From Macrostomum lignano (Eukaryota), in NCBI GenBank assembly GCA_002269645.1, contig NIVC01000070.1, positions 124,001 to 188,000 on the forward strand: 64,000 nucleotides of DNA, in the 5' to 3' direction. The first letter of the stretch is position 1. The number at the start of each line of letters is the position of its first letter. Below are positions 13,409-24,920 of the stretch, piece by piece. The position numbers and the translations under genes are program-made. The notes beneath the pieces are model-generated. The model did no database searches. It saw nothing but the letters and a program-made list of their open reading frames with translations, and was not told the origin of the DNA.

Positions 13409-16400
13409 GTGTAGTCAGTTCCGGCTGAAATGATGTTGGAGCGCACAAAGCGGACACAGCGGAGCAGCCGCACTCTTGCGGATGCAGGACAGAATAGCAA
13501 CATGACGGCGCTCACCGAATTAATTCTTCTTGGACAGTCGAACGGAAAACCGGGCTACCTTTACACCTAGGCGACGATCGTTGACAGCATCGCCCTGCCA
13601 AGGTTCGCCCGGCTGACAGCGCAAAGATTGGCCGCCCGTAGCATCGCCCAGCAGCCGACTAAGATGAGGCTCCACAGGGAAGCTCCAAGGCTGGTCTCAC
13701 AGCAGCAGCAGAAAGTCGCAGCAGATGACTTGAAAACAGCAGACGCTGCAGCAACGCAGCAAACGCTGCGCACGTCCAGTAGCCAAGTGCACGAGTCCCG
13801 AGTCTGCCGTCACCGGAGCTGATGAATGCCTGCAGACTCGACTGTCGCGATAGACAATGATGCACGAGAAAGTTGATGAACTGGCAAATCTGAGTTGGAG
13901 TCGGCTTTAGAGCTTTGATCTTACCTTGTTGCAGAAGGCGATCGCCATGTCCTCACATGCTCGAACGAGCCGGATAGAGCAGTTCTCGTAACATCACTCT
14001 GAAATACATCCCATCCAGCCACACCCTCCTGCCGCAGACTGGAGCTACGCTGGCATCGCTTCGGGAAGCCGGCCAGTCCCCTGCCCTGCTAGAGTGCAAT
14101 TAACAGCTCTAAAATCAAATCAAATTCCTGCAACAACTCAAGTACTCCGTTCTCCGCCTTAGCAGCAGCTACGACAGCTTCTCTGCAGCAGTCGCTTCCT
14201 CTGCAGCTGCGCTCCCAGGAGGCAACTGTATAGCAATCGGGTGCACTTTGAAACTCTCATCCGGACGACATCAGAGCCCGGCAAGAAATGCCAGCTGCAG
14301 TTTCGCGGCATGGCACTGCTAGCAGTGCTCCCTTCCACCGCGGCTAAAGCGCTGCAAACTGCCACATACAAGCTTCTGAGCTGTCTACCCAAGAAGCTGT
14401 GACGAAGATCCATGATGCTGATGCTGACAACTGCCGTCATGCTGCGGCCTGGTGCCCGAGCCGCTATTGTACCTGCCATCACCAGAATCCTGAACTTGAT
14501 GGGTTTCGACCTTCGGGCCCCCTTGTGGGGAAGCCTTCGGGCCTCAGGTCTCAGAAATAAATCAATTAGAGACCTGGCCCCCCCCACTCCTGTCAGATGG
14601 TCAGCCCCATGGTAGCTTGATCGTGTGGCGAGCAGTCTAGGTCCTATAGCTAAGAGAGGGACAGCGAGAGACAAGCAGGGAGAATTTTGAAGGTAGAAAT
14701 TAGCCAATCCGCAGATCAACTAACTCGCTGACACCAGCCCGTGCGCCCTGGCTCACCACACCGGGCTCTCGAAATCGGGCTTCCGACTAGAAGGGGCTTT
14801 GCACTTACCTGCCAACTAGTGTCTTTTTGCTGTCAATCTCGAAGTCATAGCCGATGATAAGGGACACTGCTGGGACTAGATCGCATTGGCCATGCAGGTA
14901 CAGAGGGGACTTGTGCAGGGGATTCTTGCAGTGGCGAGACTATGGGGTAGCTACATGTACTATTACATTGCTAAATACGAAGATATGTACTTTTGGCCTT
15001 CAACGCGCCAACCAGCCTCTCCTAGCGCTGATGATAGGCTAACTCAAACATCAGAGACCGCATGATTCATTACCCGAGCCGCTTGGCGAACCTAGAGTGC
15101 ACAAAGTACATCTCTGGCGCCGATTCTGCACTCCTGGCAATTTCGCTAACTGATTCGATAGACTGATCGACTGAGAACTGCCTTGCCATTGGTCTACTGT
15201 GACCGGCGCTTACTAGCTTAGCTACTCATCTGAGCCATCGGCGAACAAAGAAATAAAACCGATAAAAATAACTGTTAGATTTAACCTTCTCCTTAGCTCA
15301 CTTCACACTTCAGATTGAATTGGAGTTTTAGACTACTAGCAGTATTATTGAATGATTTCTGCCTCAGTAACAGCACTACTGAACAAAATGAGCAAAAGTG
15401 TGCGCCTAATCCAGGTACTGAAACAGGGGACAGACAGGGAATCACCCAATCAAGCAAGTCTAGGTAGCCTCTCACCCAACCAATCAGAAACTCAACAGCC
15501 GGAGACCAGGTAATCCACAGTGACCGAATCGGCTTGATGCTCTGCAGCTGTAGACTCGGGATGATGCTGTCACAATCTTCGCTGTTAGCTAGCAGGTGAT
15601 GCTCTTCACTTGATTTTCGCTGCTGATGACCGGGGGACTCGTCCCTGATGATGAGGGGGAGGTCGCAATCCGGGGATCAAGAAACGACGGTCGCGCTCTG
15701 GGACGTCTCAATCTAGGCTAAGGTCCCAGGAAGAGTTGGTCCAAGCGGGCCAAAAACACCGGTTTAAATAGCCGCCAACTGGACCACAGTTTGTTATAAT
15801 GGAACACGTCGATTCTGATTGGCTGAGCGGTTTTGTTATAATGAGCGCCGAATTTTCTGATTGGCTAAGCTTGTTGCTACCCAGAATCACGTGACCGGGA
15901 GATCCTATCAGTTCCCACAGGGCCGTAAAATAATGACAGGTGCGGCCATAAATCAATCAAAATCGCAACAAAATGATTTATGACTTTTCGCGTAGAATTG
16001 ACAGAAAATAATGAAAAAATATACATTAAAAAGCTCTTATTAAATAGAAGGTGAAGGTAATGAAGAGAAATCGCTAATCGCTAATCCCAAAGTACTTTTA
16101 GGGATAAAACGCATAGCTGTCAAAACTGTCACACGCTTGAGTGAACCCGAACAATAGGCTCTGACCTCATAAATCTCGATGGCCTATCAAAATGATGAGA
16201 AAAAAGCTATCATTCGCATCCCCTCAGACCATCTGGCGCCAGCCTCCACACTGAGTGAGGCGCAGGTGGCTGTCAGACCAGCTTCGAAAGCGATGATTTA
16301 TGACCCAAAAAGCTGCGCCTATGTTATTATGACTACTAGTATGACCAAACATTATATCTAGTATAGATTCTATGAAAATTCGCAGAAAAAGGATAAAAAT

Positions 16401-16539
16401 GCCCATTGCCCACTGTTAGTAGGCTAGTAAGTTTAGAGCCCATGTGCTAGCGCGGGATTTGGAAAAAGTGCGTCCTCATCAAACTGCTCCTGCTGCCTGG
16501 GTGGGGACTCTACTGCTAGTGCCCTAGAGCGATTGAGAA

Positions 16540-16990
16540 CATATAAGATAGTGAACATTCCCAAAAAGAGCAACTCCTCCAGCGGCCTGAAAAACTTGCG
16601 TGGCATCGCCCTGGAGTGCACTCTGGCCTTCACACCATTCTTCGCAACCGCATTCAACCCATGATCAATCAGAGGCTTCTCAACATCTCAGCATGTTGTC
16701 ATGCTGAGAACGGTCAACAGAAAAATAAGTCGCGACGTCATTGACACCTGCAAAACGAGCCTACAGGTGGTGCCAGTTGTCTTTTTAGATTTCTGCAAAA
16801 CTTTTGACTCCGTCAGCACAGCCGGGCGGCCATTTTCTGGCTACTCCAGCAGCATGGAGTTCCTCAGCTGCTGGTCAAAGCAATCATGGACCTTACATGT
16901 AACAAGAGGCGACACCAGATGTTTATCGGCCACAGCGCCTGCGCTCACGCACGGGACACCACGCTCCACGGGGGCCAAGCTCGCTGCACA
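16540..16990 (+). pseudogene. Decayed non-LTR retrotransposon reverse transcriptase fragment (RTE-like)
   Basis: Frameshifted pieces read NIPKKSNSSSGLKNLRGIALE, HTILRNRIQPMINQRL, VVFLDFCKTFDSVS and AIFWLLQQHGVPQLLVKAIMDL, matching non-LTR RT motifs (P.K.G...NYR.I.L; F.D..KAFD.V; YG.P..L). Confidence 0.65.
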
Positions 16991-17244
16991 ACTCTGACGG
17001 ACACTTTTCTCTCAGATGTACAGGCTCAGGGTCTTACCCCTAAATCTCCAACTAGGCTGGACTCAGTTGTTTAATAGTAATAATAACAATATAAATAGTA
17101 AAAGTACTATTTCATTGACTAATCTTCTAACATCTAAAAGTCTATTACAGCCTGCGATGCCCGCGCAAACAAGATGAACTTGGTCCCTCACTCTCCAACC
17201 CTCCGGTTTATCAAGTCTCCTTTCTATAGATTGTTCTTTTAAAC

Positions 17245-17452
17245 GGAGGCGCTTCACAAGACCTATATTTCACAACGCCAAAGCACATGACTTCACATCG
17301 CCTAAATTTCATATCGCCTAAATTTCAGATCACCTAAATTTTACAACATTTAAAATCTCTGGAAGCTCCTTCACATTTTGGATGAAAATAAGGCGTTGTG
17401 AAGTATGGTGATTTTAGGTGTTATGAAATTTATGTCGTATGAAAGTATCCAT
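17245..17452. mobile_element. Degraded foldback/MULE-like MITE remnant
   Basis: Left arm has repeats of TTCACATCGCCTAAAT; right arm has inverted variants (GGCGTTGTGAAG, TTTAGGTGTTATGAAAT). Confidence 0.3.
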
Positions 17453-18549
17453 TCTAAATAGGCAAACCATACTGCAGAAGACATTGTTTAGCTACTGTTT
17501 CCAAAAAGACACTTCTCCTTTTCATGCTTTTTTTCTTTGTTATGTTAAACGGGAAATTTCCGTATCTTTGGAGTAAATATTATTAATGTTCTTGTAATTT
17601 CCACTTTAATTAGAACACTCAAACGAATAACGAAATAAATAGGAAGAAATAATTATTAAAAAGCACAGCAAATGAGAATAAAATTAGCAGGAAACAATTT
17701 GTTTCTCTATACTTATTACTATAGTCAGTGGTTGTGAAATTTCGCGGGACAGTTTTAATAAAGGGAACATCAAAGTTTCAAAACTTTTGAAGCAACTTCA
17801 TGAGAGAAAGTCTTGAAAGCTGCGACAAAGATAAAAAATTGAATATCGAAAACTTGGTGAGTACGAGTTGATTTCACGCAGGAATTTACACTGAATTGAT
17901 TATACAGGGAGTACAAAAATTATATTTCAAACCTGAATTTATTTGTGTCTGGGCGATGACTTCAAATTTTTAATGCAATATGTTACGAACTTTTATGAAA
18001 GTGTGGGAGGAAGATTATAGAACAAAAAATTGATTAGAACAGTATTTCTACTCAAGTTAAAAAGTCTGAAGATGAAAAAATGGGTTAGAAAGTTATACAG
18101 AATTGATAATATAGTGAATACAATTTTTTTTGTAAACCTGACGACATAGCCACAGGATGACCTCATAATTTTTATGAAATTTTTACGAACTGTTATAAAA
18201 AAAGTGGGATGACTGGTGGAGGATGTAAGAACACACAAGAAGGAATAAAAACGATGATGATAGAAGTGACGTCTGAGACCAGAGCTGAACTTTAAACTGT
18301 AGCTCCGGTGGCAGAATCCTTATTTCCATCGAGCAAACAGATAAAATTATACTTATATATGATTATAACTTAGTATACTTAATATAAAAGTAAAACACTT
18401 TCAGTTTTGAAGCACAATAATGCTTCGTTTCAAAATTGGGTTGGAGTAGCTTGTGTATTTTCATGTACTTAGCACGGGCCTATTTAATATTTACTGGCTA
18501 TTTTAAGTAACAAGATGAAAACGTTCCCTGTGTTTTTGTCTAACTCATA

Positions 18550-21500
18550 TTATTTAAATGTGCTGAGCTGTGGGTCTCCTTGCGGCAACGTACCAATAGA
18601 GTCGTAGTAGTCGTCCTCGCCGACATTCCTCTGTGTAGTATTTTCGAATTTGTCGGCTACTGAATAGGGGTTGTCTTCATTCTGAGGGAATAATAATTTC
18701 AGCTTTTTAGCGCGCCGTTGTCGACTTAATCAAAACTATTTATAGGTAAAAATTGCGGGGAATTTTGATAGTTACACGCACATCTCTCTTTGACGTTGTC
18801 TCAGGTGCATATGAACCGTCTCTGGCCTGCAATTTTTGTTAGAAACGTAATTAGCATCATTGTAATTGCGAGAGTGCATGACAGCAAAACCATTGTAAAT
18901 TTCTAACCTCAGTATTAGAAGGAGTGTGAGTTTTGAGTCGCTTCACATTCTGGAGATACTAAAATGATTGATACAATGTCAAATGGTGTAAAAATTAAAT
19001 ATACTACATGTAATGAACTTATAGAACATCACTTTAAAATTCGCGAATAAAACCTTGTGAATGACAATTCCAACAATTGCAGCATTAACTGCAACTGCAG
19101 CCGATGGAACAGCAATTGCTAGGACGAGAACATAAGTCGGAAAAGATTCTTTGGGTTCTGAAAAAATTCATAAATGAATCGATTTGCGTCATTTTGTAAA
19201 GACATTTACTAACTGCGCTACTAGCAATTAGCACGCATCAATTAAAAACACTATGTACGAGCGCATGTATGCACGCAAACTTTTTAAGCTTTCATATCAT
19301 CAAGTTTGCTTGAAATGAATCTCCTACCCGTTTGTGACAATTTTACACTAGTTGTTGCGGACTGCGGAGCAGAGCTTGTTTCTGGTATAATTTTTGAAGT
19401 TGTTTGCGAACTTGGGCTGCTGACAACAGCCCGTGTTATAGTAGGTGTCGTCTGCTTTGAACTGGTTGTTGCCGGCTCTACGAAAATTCAAGAACATTAA
19501 TTTTAAGTAAGTTTTATTCAACAAGAGCATACATGTAACGTCGTAACACTTACAATATTACAGAGAACATCAATAAAACATTGTTTGAAATGAATTCCCT
19601 ACCTGTTTGGGATAGTTTTCCACCAGTTGTAGCCGACTCAGGAGCAGAGCTTGTTTCTGGTACAACTTTTGCAGTTGATGGCGAATTTGGACTGCTGAAA
19701 ACAGCGCGTGCTGTGGTAGGTCGAGACGCCTGCTCTGAACTGGTTGTTGCTGGCACTGTGGATTTTTTAGAACGTTGTTTAGGGATGATGCGTCGTAGGA
19801 CTTCCTTACTATTACAGAGAAAATAAACATGAAGAAATTAGTAAAACTTAATCAGCATGTAGCAAAGCATTGATGTAAGTTTAAATAGACATATTTTAGC
19901 AGACCCAATATAGTAAAACAAATACTCACAGTTATCTGCAGCTTCGTATTTCATTTTAATTCCGAGTGATCGATAGCTACTTTCTGGAATGTGTAGATTC
20001 ACGGTTAAGACGTTTTCTGTCGTTATGAAATCCCGAGTTGTGTCCGAGAAGCCGTTCGATAGGGTGGCCAAAACTGTTGACCCATTGGCTCCGTCAAACA
20101 GAGTTACGCTTTCATAGCGGGAAGTAATGTTAAAAAAGGTAAAATGAGCCACCACTCGCTTTGAGGGAGAGACCCTGATCACCCAGTAGCAGTCCGAGCT
20201 GATCAAGAAGCCCATAATGCCTGCAGACGAGTGGCTGACCAGCTCTCCAGTGTCGTTGGTCAGGAGCTCCGTGCCTTGACAGACTGTTGGTAAGATAAGT
20301 CAATAGAAAAAATGAAAAAGTGCTGCTGATGAAGATGCAACACGAATTCCTTATAGTTCGCAATACTGTGACAGGTGCAAGTATCCATCAATAGTGTAAG
20401 CGGTATAAGCGTACATGTATCTATTGTTTGGCAATGCAATACAAGCATCTTGTCTCGTAAAAATAAATTATTGAAAAAATGTGCTTGTGCATATGGCTTC
20501 GCCACTCGTAAAAAGTTAATCATTGTCTACCTCCAAAAACATATACATACCATTGCAGCACGTTTTATAATTTCTAACAGATCTATACTCAGTTTTTTGA
20601 TTAAAGCTTTTGTGAGATTTTCCTGCGATAACTTATTGTTATTCGAAATAATTAAGTCAACATTTGGAAGCTTTGCTCACATTTTTCTGTGGTGTTGTAC
20701 TTCATCCCGAAGCCAAAACCTGGTGAACTCGATTTGCTTGTGAAATGTACAAGCAAAGTATTTGACTTTGAAACAAAAATTTGTGAACTAATAAACCGAA
20801 ATTTACTGTATCCGGTGAATCTTGCAATTTTCGTCGAATCTTGTTGTCCTTCAAGTATGTCAACATAGTCAATGACTTGTAGGTTAAATGATAAAAACTG
20901 AGCCACTACACTGTATCCCAAAGGTGCGGTGATGTTCCAATAACATCTCATATTTTTAAGATAGTTAGGCAATGACGAGCTGTTATGAGCGAAAAACTCG
21001 CCTTGGCTGGCTTGAAGAATCTTCCAACCGTCGCAGACTGAAAATCAAATGGAAGGATTGCATTTTATTTATTATCTCCTGTATGTCCTCTAATCCTGTG
21101 AATACACGCTCACTTACAGTTCTCAGCAATGCTGTATCGCATTTGAAAGCCATAGTTATGTTTAGTGGCATCTGTTGTGAACCTGACAGTTATGCTGCTT
21201 GTGTTGGCCCTGTATCCGACCTCTCTCGGAAAATATTGGCCTGTGACAAGTATTGAATCGCTGAGACCATCGTATAAAGTGACGACGTCGGGCTTCCAGG
21301 CGGCTCCCCTATTAAACCAGGCGATTACGTGTTTGCCTGGCGACACAGAAATTTGCCAATTGCATCTCATAGAGTTCAAGTAGTGCGTTGTTCCAGCGTT
21401 GGTGTGACTAACTACTTCACCGTTGTCGGAGTCCCATTTCTGAACGCTTGGACAAGCTAAAATGAAATGTTACGTATGATTTAGAAAACAAAGTAAAGTT

Positions 21501-21931
21501 TCTTAATGGGTTTAATCGTAGTGCATTAGAGAAAGTCACCGAACCTTGCTCGTAGTAAAACTGAATAGAAAATCCGATTGATTCATGAAGATTGTCAGTT
21601 GTAAACGAAATATGCGCGTCTCCTGATGTCACCCAGTGTACGTTTTGGCCGGAACGGGTATTGCAATACTGCAAATTTCCATCACTGCCGGGCTCACTGG
21701 CAGTAGAGAAGAACTTCGTTACAATTTTTAGGCAGTCCCCCGTGCTAAGATAGTAGGCTTCGATAAAGAGATAGATGTAGAATCCAGGGCGTTTGGGCAG
21801 TGTCCACAGGCAGGCTAAATTGGGCGCGTATGCGGACATGCTGGTGGCATTGTAGCCCCTGTGGCTCTCGATGACCCCAGACACGTTGGATGAATTTCCA
21901 AAACTGATCGTTCCGCATGTGTTATTTACAG
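18550..21931 (-). CDS. Gene B: paralogous CUB receptor, 3' part (4 CUB + 2 Ser/Thr stalk exons + TM + cytoplasmic tail); 5' exons not in window
   Basis: Exons: CUB 21545-21931, 21118-21456, 20681-21037, 19930-20283 (paralogues of gene A CUB5-8); stalk 19603-19755 and 19328-19477; TM exon 19033-19157 (EPKESFPTYVLVLAIAVPSAAVAVNAAIVGIVIHKVLFANFK); 18782-18826 (ARDGSYAPETTSKRD); 18550-18681 (NEDNPYSVADKFENTTQRNVGEDDYYDSIGTLPQGDPQLSTFK*). All junctions are GT-AG and in phase, with no internal stops. Confidence 0.88.
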
Positions 21932-22227
21932 CTGAAAGCAGACAGTAATATTAGTTTTTATAAGATATTAATTTTTGGTATAGTTGGATTATAGTACGCA
22001 TATGTATTAGAAAAAAAGGTGCTTCAGTCCAAAGTGACTTTTTTGTATGTTGCTGGTGTTATGCATATTTTATCGTTAATATCCGCTAATATTTTTAAAC
22101 ACTGGAGTTAATGGACTTAACTCTAGCTAATGGTTATTAAAGTTAATGGACTGCCTCAATGGGCTGTTGAATTTGCGTTAAAGCTTATATTTTTGTCGTC
22201 ATGCATGTATTTAGCATTAAGTCTTGT

Positions 22228-23524
22228 TGTAACGAGTCCACTATATTTTATATCACTTAGCACAGTCGGGGACTATTAGTATTAGCAGCATATATGGTTG
22301 AGCGGCTATACGCCTGTCAGACCTGGACGTTTAACTAGGCTAGAAATCCTTGTCTTATGATTAAGATGCGCAACTGACGCTCTGAATACGTATTTATCCC
22401 GTGTAGCGGTTTGCGATATACAGCTGAGATCTACGTCCAAGGCTGCCACACGTTTACAGAAAAAATACTATAATTTGGCGGCTTGCTGAGCAAGGCGAAT
22501 CTTAAAGGAACATGGTTGGTTTTTTATTTGCTTATGCCCGTGGGCTAAATAGAGTAGCGCGGTGCGTAAAAGCAAAAGTGGTGTCATAGACTAAAGTGAA
22601 AGTTATTAGGCTAGCCGCCACAATAAGTTGCATGCTTAAATCAAGGACGTTTTAAGTAGAAGGACGGGAAACCTCGTTTCTTAGAAAATTTTTGAAGGCA
22701 CTTTTTCCCGAAAAAATACACTACGGAGATAGGAAATTTTCATTTTTTCAGCACAAAAATTGCTATTACTTTTGATAGGAGGCAAATACAGTGCTCATCT
22801 TTTGATATGTTGTGTCTTTTTTATTGCTCTATCGATATTAATAAAGCTTTTCGTTCAGAAAATTAGATTTCTATGTTAATTTTTTATTCTACGTATATTT
22901 TCACGCGTCTTGTGCTTTTGAAATACATTAGAATGCCACGGCTCGGCTCTTAGGTTTTATGAGTCTATTTTGTCATTCTTAACTGACTGTGTAGCAAATA
23001 TTCGTAACAGAGATGATAAAATAGATTCAAAAAACCAAATATTGGAGCTGTGTCATGCATTTTTGTGATTTTTAGATACAGGAAATATACGTAGAATAAA
23101 AAATTAACATAGAAATCTAATTTTCTGAACGAAAAGCTTTATTAATATCGATAGAGCAATAAAAAAGACACAACATATCAAAAGATGAACACTGGATCTG
23201 CCTCCTATCAAAAGTAATAGCAATTTTTGTGCTGAAAAAATGAAAATTTCCTATCTCCGTATTGTAGTTTTTTCGGGAAAAAGTGCCTTCAAAAATTTTC
23301 TAAGAAACGAGGTTTCCCGTCCTTCTACTTAAGTCGTCCTTGGCTTAAATATGAGTCTCATTTCTTGGAAACGAAATCTACTTAAACAAAATAATAAAAC
23401 ATATTATTAGAACCCTAGAATGAATTGACGTGCACAACTATAACAGCATAAAGAATAGCATTTGATTCTACTAAAGTTCAAAGAAACGCAATAGCTTCAA
23501 ATTCAGAATTTTTAAACCGTTACA
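22228..23524 (-). repeat. Gypsy-1 3' LTR (~590 bp net) interrupted by a MITE
   Basis: TGTAACG...CGTTACA termini; PPT directly adjacent; first 111 nt match 30893-31002 with 2 substitutions and 1 indel. Confidence 0.85.
22636..23348. mobile_element. TTAA-flanked MITE with ~265-bp TIRs inserted in the Gypsy-1 LTR
   Basis: About 22640-22900 is the reverse complement of about 23085-23344 (e.g. TTAAGTAGAAGGACGGGAAACCTCGTTTCTTAGAAAATTTTTGAAGGCAC); TTAA at 22636-22639 and 23345-23348; TTAA TSDs are typical of piggyBac/Kolobok, superfamily not resolved. Confidence 0.85.
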
Positions 23525-23539
23525 CTCGCCTCCCTTCCC
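23525..23539 (-). promoter_or_regulatory. Polypurine tract of Gypsy-1
   Basis: Minus strand reads GGGAAGGGAGGCGAG immediately followed by LTR start TGTAACGG. Confidence 0.8.
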
Positions 23540-24620
23540 AAAATGAGCCCATTGGCAGTCAATGACATGTGCTTGCATTGCTGTTACTAGGAATTGAACA
23601 TTATCATGACGATGCACAGCTTGATGGAACACATCGAACAGAAATTGAATGATACGAAAAAATGGGAACACGAATGGAGCGAACAAAATAGCTAGAGCGG
23701 ACGTCCCAGAAGAAAACGAACGATACGGAATTATTGAGCATATTGAATGGGGATTAAAAATAGTTTAAGCAACATTGCGTAAACTACCACGGATTAAAAC
23801 ATTGCATTATTGAGACGATTGTGGAGACACGGATTTAAAATCACAATTAACAATTACAACCGACCTGAGAGCTGAAATGACATTAAGCAAATCACGGAAC
23901 CGGAAGTAACATCACCACGGATCGGAAAGCGTGCACCCCACTTCGAACTGTTCGGCAGAGCTCACCCAGAGAACACACGGACGGGACACCGCCCCCACGC
24001 ACACACAACCCACCGGCAGCAAACGCAACCGGCAGACTCACGGCTAACTTGGTACTGGCACGGAAAACAAAGAACGGCAAAGAAAGAAGAAAACCAAGCG
24101 AGACATCACAAAGAACGGAGGGAAGAACAGGAAATCAGAGACGGTTAGAATTGGAGCGGTGGCAAAACCCGGCAAGCACCTGCAAAATCTGGTTGGCGGC
24201 CGAACCGCCCTGCCACTTCGAGTGGTGTAAAATGCTACCCCGAGTACTGACTCTGTCTGACAACGATGGGTCTGGTTCCCCTGTTTCACGCTGGCCAGCT
24301 GGCTCCGTCCACTGTCCTTGTTGGCGGTTTCAGGCAGCTCACACGTTCTATCTCCCACTATCTCTACCTCCGCACCGATTGAAGGAACCTGGCCGTCCTC
24401 GACTTGTTCTAGTCGATTCGTGTTACTATGGTTACCACCTACTTCAGGCACACGGTGTTGGGTGTGTTCTTCACTTAAAATATCTGGCCCTTGCACTAAA
24501 TTTCCAGACTCTGTTCTGGATTTCAATGGGTCCAAAAATGGCTGCCCCAGGTCCTCAACCAGTTGTCCTTGGGTTTCACCGTTACAAACCAGAGTCTCAC
24601 CGGGCTGAAACCGTTTCTTA

Positions 24621-24762
24621 CTGGACTGCACCTGGTTCTCACTGGACTGCACCTGGTTCTCACTGGACTGCACCTGGTTCTCACTGGACTGCACCTGGTT
24701 CTCACCGGACTGTACCTGGTTCCCACTGGACTGCACCTGGTTCTCACTGGACTGCACCTGGT
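24621..24762 (-). repeat. 21-nt coding minisatellite (~7 copies) in the integrase C-terminal extension
   Basis: CTGGACTGCACCTGGTTCTCA repeated; reads (SSENQVQ)n in ORF 24044-24883. Confidence 0.9.
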
Positions 24763-24920
24763 GCAACGCCAGCCCTACAACTGGGAAGTAAGATAATCCA
24801 CGCTCCTCCATGTCGGAGTCCGAGTTGGAATCCGAGGCATCTGGCGAGTCCTCGTCACAATTTCTCACACGAGAGTCCGGCAACCGTGCAGTTATTTTTA
24901 GACCGAAACGGTCAATGGTG

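Noticed and set aside
13500-14750. GC-rich segment with a possible endonuclease remnant (FDLTLLQK at about 13915) belonging to the RT fragment at 16.5 kb
   Set aside because: Too degraded to assign by eye; multiple stops and only one weak motif. A tblastx against non-LTR consensus sequences would decide.
23540-24040. Possible env gene between integrase and 3' LTR of Gypsy-1
   Set aside because: Only short ORFs (under 75 aa) with no glycoprotein features.
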